Source: a virus (taxonomy: Duplodnaviria; Caudoviricetes). Taken from it: DNA of 64,000 nucleotides. The DNA lies in the IMG/VR virus record IMGVR_UViG_3300032007_000023, positions 1-64,000 of that record; one strand, 5' to 3'. Below the pieces are notes generated by a model. It had not been told where the DNA came from, searched no databases, and was given only the letters and a program-made list of their open reading frames with translations. Numbering within the stretch: the stretch's first letter is position 1; every line of letters starts with the position of its first letter. This document shows positions 60,650 to 64,000 of the stretch, piece by piece. A program made the position numbers and the translations under genes.

Positions 60650-61693
60650 ATGAAAGAATATAGCATTGGACCAATAGCAGGTAAAGCTCTTAAATTGAGA
60701 TATGCTGCTATTAGTACTTTCCTCGGTGGAGATACATTCGATCCTATAAACGGATTTGATATATTCATCGATCTTAATGTGCTGGTGTCGAGTTTATCGA
60801 CATCAGCCAAATTCTTAAACTCATTACCATTCTCCGATGGTGATGCGGTTGAAAGAGATCTGATATCAAATGTATTGTCTGTTGTGAAACATTGGAAAGG
60901 TTTCACAAGTAAATATAATGATACCAGAATCTTCCTTATGGTAAATGATTTTGAGATGGCTGGTTTACCTGAACAAAACATCATCAAATCATATATGATG
61001 CCGTATATAAATAAATTCGAGCAGGAAAGATTTGCACAGTTCAATTACTTCTGGACTGAAGCAATGAAACGTGTAGAAATAATTCTTAAGTATGTACCTA
61101 AGTCATATCTCATCAGATGTAATCGTGTTGATAATTATATCATTCCTAACATCGTAGATGATTATTCAAAGAATGGTCGTTTTAGATTAATTATATCTGG
61201 TGCACCTATAATGACAACATACATGCTCGAACCAAACACAAAGGTTATCCTTTCAAAGTTCAATCATCAATTATCTGACCCAACAATGATTTGTCAGTCG
61301 GTATCATCAATCAGTGATGAGATAATGAATACATTTGTTCAGAACAAAGTATTCTATTCATTATTGAACTCTGTTATCGGTGACTTCGATAGAGGCATCA
61401 TAGGTATCACACAGCTTGGTATATCATCATTTGCGAATGATTTGTTAAGAGCAGTTGAACGTGGTGAGATTCCATCAGATCCTAAGTCAATAGAAAGTGT
61501 CCTTCCTATAATAAATACAGGATATCATGATTATATTAAGAAGGCATATCAGCTTATAGACATATCTTCTCACACACAACTCATACCTCCATCTATAATT
61601 GAAAAGATTAAGAGTAACATGATTGATCTTTACGATATTGATGGTCTTCAGAGTTTATCTGTAGATGGTATGAATCTGATAGAATTGTTATGA
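60650..61693 (+). CDS. possible degenerate PIN/5'-3' exonuclease-fold protein
   Basis: IFIDLN, LIISG, IGDFDRGIIGI weakly resemble FEN/RNase H(T4) motifs. Confidence 0.35.
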   Translation: MKEYSIGPIAGKALKLRYAAISTFLGGDTFDPINGFDIFIDLNVLVSSLSTSAKFLNSLPFSDGDAVERDLISNVLSVVKHWKGFTSKYNDTRIFLMVNDFEMAGLPEQNIIKSYMMPYINKFEQERFAQFNYFWTEAMKRVEIILKYVPKSYLIRCNRVDNYIIPNIVDDYSKNGRFRLIISGAPIMTTYMLEPNTKVILSKFNHQLSDPTMICQSVSSISDEIMNTFVQNKVFYSLLNSVIGDFDRGIIGITQLGISSFANDLLRAVERGEIPSDPKSIESVLPIINTGYHDYIKKAYQLIDISSHTQLIPPSIIEKIKSNMIDLYDIDGLQSLSVDGMNLIELL

Positions 61694-61702
61694 GGTGATT
61701 AA

Positions 61703-62167
61703 ATGGATAATGTTAAAAATGATGAATACTATTTGAAGAAAGACCGAGAAAATAAGTATCGTGAACACTTCAAGCATATGTGTGAATCTGGGTATGATCC
61801 GTTGTTATGTTTAAACAGAAAAACACAGGTCATATCATACTCCGGAAATCATGGAGGAATGGATGCACAATCTGCAAAGATGCATATTGACACAATAGAT
61901 ATGACTCAGTTCATAGATAGGATAATAACAGAAGAAAGATATGCGGATCTTCTTGAACAGGCTAAAACGCCTTCGTCGAAGCTGGATGACATAATATCAA
62001 TTCCATTAAATCTTGTATGTGTTTCTGGTCCGACAACTCCATATATTGGTGGATCGGCAGCAATATTCTGGTTGTACCCTTCTGGATGCAGAAACCTTGG
62101 TGATCTTTATAAGAAATATGAAAAGAAAATCAAGGATGAATTGAGATCAATGATCATCACATATTAA
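61703..62167 (+). CDS. hypothetical protein
   Basis: GAGGTG SD; 154 aa. Confidence 0.75.
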   Translation: MDNVKNDEYYLKKDRENKYREHFKHMCESGYDPLLCLNRKTQVISYSGNHGGMDAQSAKMHIDTIDMTQFIDRIITEERYADLLEQAKTPSSKLDDIISIPLNLVCVSGPTTPYIGGSAAIFWLYPSGCRNLGDLYKKYEKKIKDELRSMIITY

Positions 62168-62171
62168 AATA

Positions 62172-62199
62172 CCGGGGCGTAATGCCCCGGTTTATTATT
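62172..62199 (+). terminator. intrinsic terminator
   Basis: CCGGGGC-GTAAT-GCCCCGG plus T-rich tract. Confidence 0.75.
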
Positions 62200-62252
62200 C
62201 TTATTTTTTATATACATATTATTTATATGAAGAAAAATTAAGGAGGCTATTT

Positions 62253-63440
62253 ATGAAAAAACTCATAAATCCAATCATCAACAAAGCAGTTGGTAAACTT
62301 GGTCAGTTTATCAACAATCAAAACATGTACATCATCAATGTTGATGACATCATGTTCAAAGCACAACCGATTCTCAACAAATGTTTCTGGAATATTCCAG
62401 AAAATATAACAGCAACACAATCGTCACAAATCAAAGGAACTCTCGATTTCAGATATGAGACACTTGTGAATGAGGAACTCATGATGACATGCATTACCAT
62501 GTATCATGGAACGCCGATTTGGCTGTGGAGTATCACAAAGAAATCTGGAAGACACTCATATCCTTGTCATTTCATGAAAACAATTCGAACAAAACGTAAT
62601 GTCAAGAATCTTCATGAGTTTCTTGAGAAGATCACTGTCAAAGGTGTCAAAGCTCAGGAAAAGAACTGGGGTAAAAATATAATGATTCATAAGAACAATG
62701 AAACATTTGTTTCTTATTGTACTCCAAAGCTGAGATCTTTTGATGATGTATTCTTAACATCAGAACAGAAGACTCAGATAATTGATTCTCTTGATAAGTT
62801 TATCAGCAGAAGAGATTGGTATCTTGAAAACGGAATACCGTATCACTTCGGAATTCTGCTTTATGGTCCTGCTGGTACTGGCAAATCATCTATTGCGCAA
62901 GCGATCGCAAGATACACTAAATCTACTGCTGATTTCATATATGGAGATGACGTCTTCGATCTTCCTAGAATGCTGGGTAGAGATATTCCTACCGACACAA
63001 TGACAGAACATTCTTACAGAACAATCGTTATTGAAGATATTGATTGTGGCTTCAAGGATGCGAGATCCTTATTTCTGAATAAGGATATCTCACCAGAGAA
63101 TCAAAAGGAAGAATTAAAACGTGGCTCAGGATTTGCTTCACTGCTTAATTCACTGGATGGTATCAATGCACCGACGAATACGATCTATGTGTTCACCACA
63201 AATCACATAGAGAAGCTTGACCCGGCTCTTGTTAGACCTGGACGTATTGATCTCAAGCTTGAGATTGGAGACGTTTGTAGGGAGACATTTGATATGTTCT
63301 GTCTCCGTCATTATGGTAAAACATATGATGGTGATATAAACTTTAAATCCGGCATAACATTTGCTAAACTGCAAAATGAAGTTATGGTGGGTAAATCATT
63401 AGACGAACTTGTGAAAGGGGTTTCGGATGATAATAACTGA
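62253..63440 (+). CDS. BCS1-like AAA+ ATPase
   Basis: YLENGIPYHFGILLYGPAGTGKSS, IEDIDC, LLNSLDG, TTNHIEKLDPALVRPGRID. Confidence 0.85.
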   Translation: MKKLINPIINKAVGKLGQFINNQNMYIINVDDIMFKAQPILNKCFWNIPENITATQSSQIKGTLDFRYETLVNEELMMTCITMYHGTPIWLWSITKKSGRHSYPCHFMKTIRTKRNVKNLHEFLEKITVKGVKAQEKNWGKNIMIHKNNETFVSYCTPKLRSFDDVFLTSEQKTQIIDSLDKFISRRDWYLENGIPYHFGILLYGPAGTGKSSIAQAIARYTKSTADFIYGDDVFDLPRMLGRDIPTDTMTEHSYRTIVIEDIDCGFKDARSLFLNKDISPENQKEELKRGSGFASLLNSLDGINAPTNTIYVFTTNHIEKLDPALVRPGRIDLKLEIGDVCRETFDMFCLRHYGKTYDGDINFKSGITFAKLQNEVMVGKSLDELVKGVSDDNN

Positions 63441-63693
63441 TATAGTTCATACACGTATGAACGACTATTCTGAATTAGAAAATCTCATTGAACAGGAAGA
63501 CGGTAAAGGTGTAGTAACCTACAATGCATGCTACGGCTTAACGTATAAAATAATTCTTGAAAACCCCAGCGAGATATTATGGGTAAGAAGTATTATCAAT
63601 GACAAACCGGTTCCTGGTGAGTTTTTAAACAAGTTCGGCAAGGCGTTAAGTCTCGCACTTGGTGAATTTGTTAAGAAGACATTATTAGATTAA
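63427..63693 (+). CDS. hypothetical protein
   Basis: 88 aa overlapping the upstream stop. Confidence 0.6.
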   Translation: MIITDIVHTRMNDYSELENLIEQEDGKGVVTYNACYGLTYKIILENPSEILWVRSIINDKPVPGEFLNKFGKALSLALGEFVKKTLLD

Positions 63694-63714
63694 TAAAAGA
63701 GGAGGTAACACGTG

Positions 63715-63870
63715 ATGAAAAAAGTTTTAATGCTTTTAGCTGGCATAGTATCATTAGCTACAGTCGCTTCGATTGCTGTAATAAGCTTGTCATGCGATAA
63801 GGTTGTTGACGCAGATGATGACGATGATGATTACAATGACGATGATTGCATCTACGTCAATTGTGATTAA
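63715..63870 (+). CDS. 51-aa membrane/lipoprotein-like peptide with poly-Asp tail (not in ORF track)
   Basis: GAGGAGGT SD; MKKVLMLLAGIVSLATVASIAVISLSCDKVVDADDDDDDYNDDDCIYVNCD. Confidence 0.7.
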   Translation: MKKVLMLLAGIVSLATVASIAVISLSCDKVVDADDDDDDYNDDDCIYVNCD

Positions 63871-63882
63871 GATGGATATGAA

Positions 63883-63918
63883 GGGGTGGTTTAAACCACC
63901 CCTACTATTCATTTTTTT
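63883..63918 (+). terminator. intrinsic terminator
   Basis: GGGGTGG-TTTAAA-CCACCCC plus T-tract. Confidence 0.7.
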
Positions 63919-64000
63919 CATATATATATTATTATAATGCAAGAACAGAAAATATTCAACTCTTGCAAAATATAAATAAAGGAGGTCATCTATTATGATG

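Noticed and set aside
261-63374. Many 60-170 aa ORFs overlapping longer genes (e.g. 1845-2357, 17329-17814, 35797-36255, 48135-48560, 59634-60062)
   Set aside because: Antisense or alternate-frame shadows of well-supported genes, with no recognisable motifs
1-64000. CRISPR array, tRNA or rRNA genes
   Set aside because: No regularly spaced repeat-spacer units or cloverleaf/rRNA-like stretches seen; the repeats found are paired regulatory modules
1-64000. Stop-codon reassignment
   Set aside because: Conserved genes are full length under code 11 and end in TAA, TAG or TGA

Overview
This is a 64-kb segment of an AT-rich, phiKZ/AR9-like jumbo myophage genome using the standard genetic code. Strong AAGGAGG/GAAAGGAG Shine-Dalgarno sites suggest a Bacillota host (inference). 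Recognisable genes: three pieces of split multisubunit RNA polymerases (beta-C, beta'-N with ADYDGD, beta'-C), DnaB-like helicase, SF2 helicase, SbcC/Rad50 ATPase, a split GyrB, a PolB-palm-like protein, tubulin/PhuZ, a GroEL-like chaperonin, terminase, portal, tail sheath and tube, a protein-kinase-like protein, a DUF5664-type dATP/dGTP diphosphohydrolase, HNH endonucleases and a BCS1-like AAA ATPase. About 20 intergenic GGGG/CCCC hairpins and two recurring promoter-like motifs punctuate the operons. Main leads: (1) three Q/N/Y/P-rich prion-like proteins sharing an [DE]x0-2SRR motif, one directly upstream of a Zn-ribbon kinase; (2) an unannotated ~150-nt structured minus-strand RNA with an exposed CCUCC, upstream of the beta'-N gene; (3) an HNH element that inserted into sbcC with a replacement C-terminus, leaving the old C-terminus as a fossil; (4) early-type gene cassettes flanked by exact repeats. 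All protein calls come from motifs read by eye; no database search was run.
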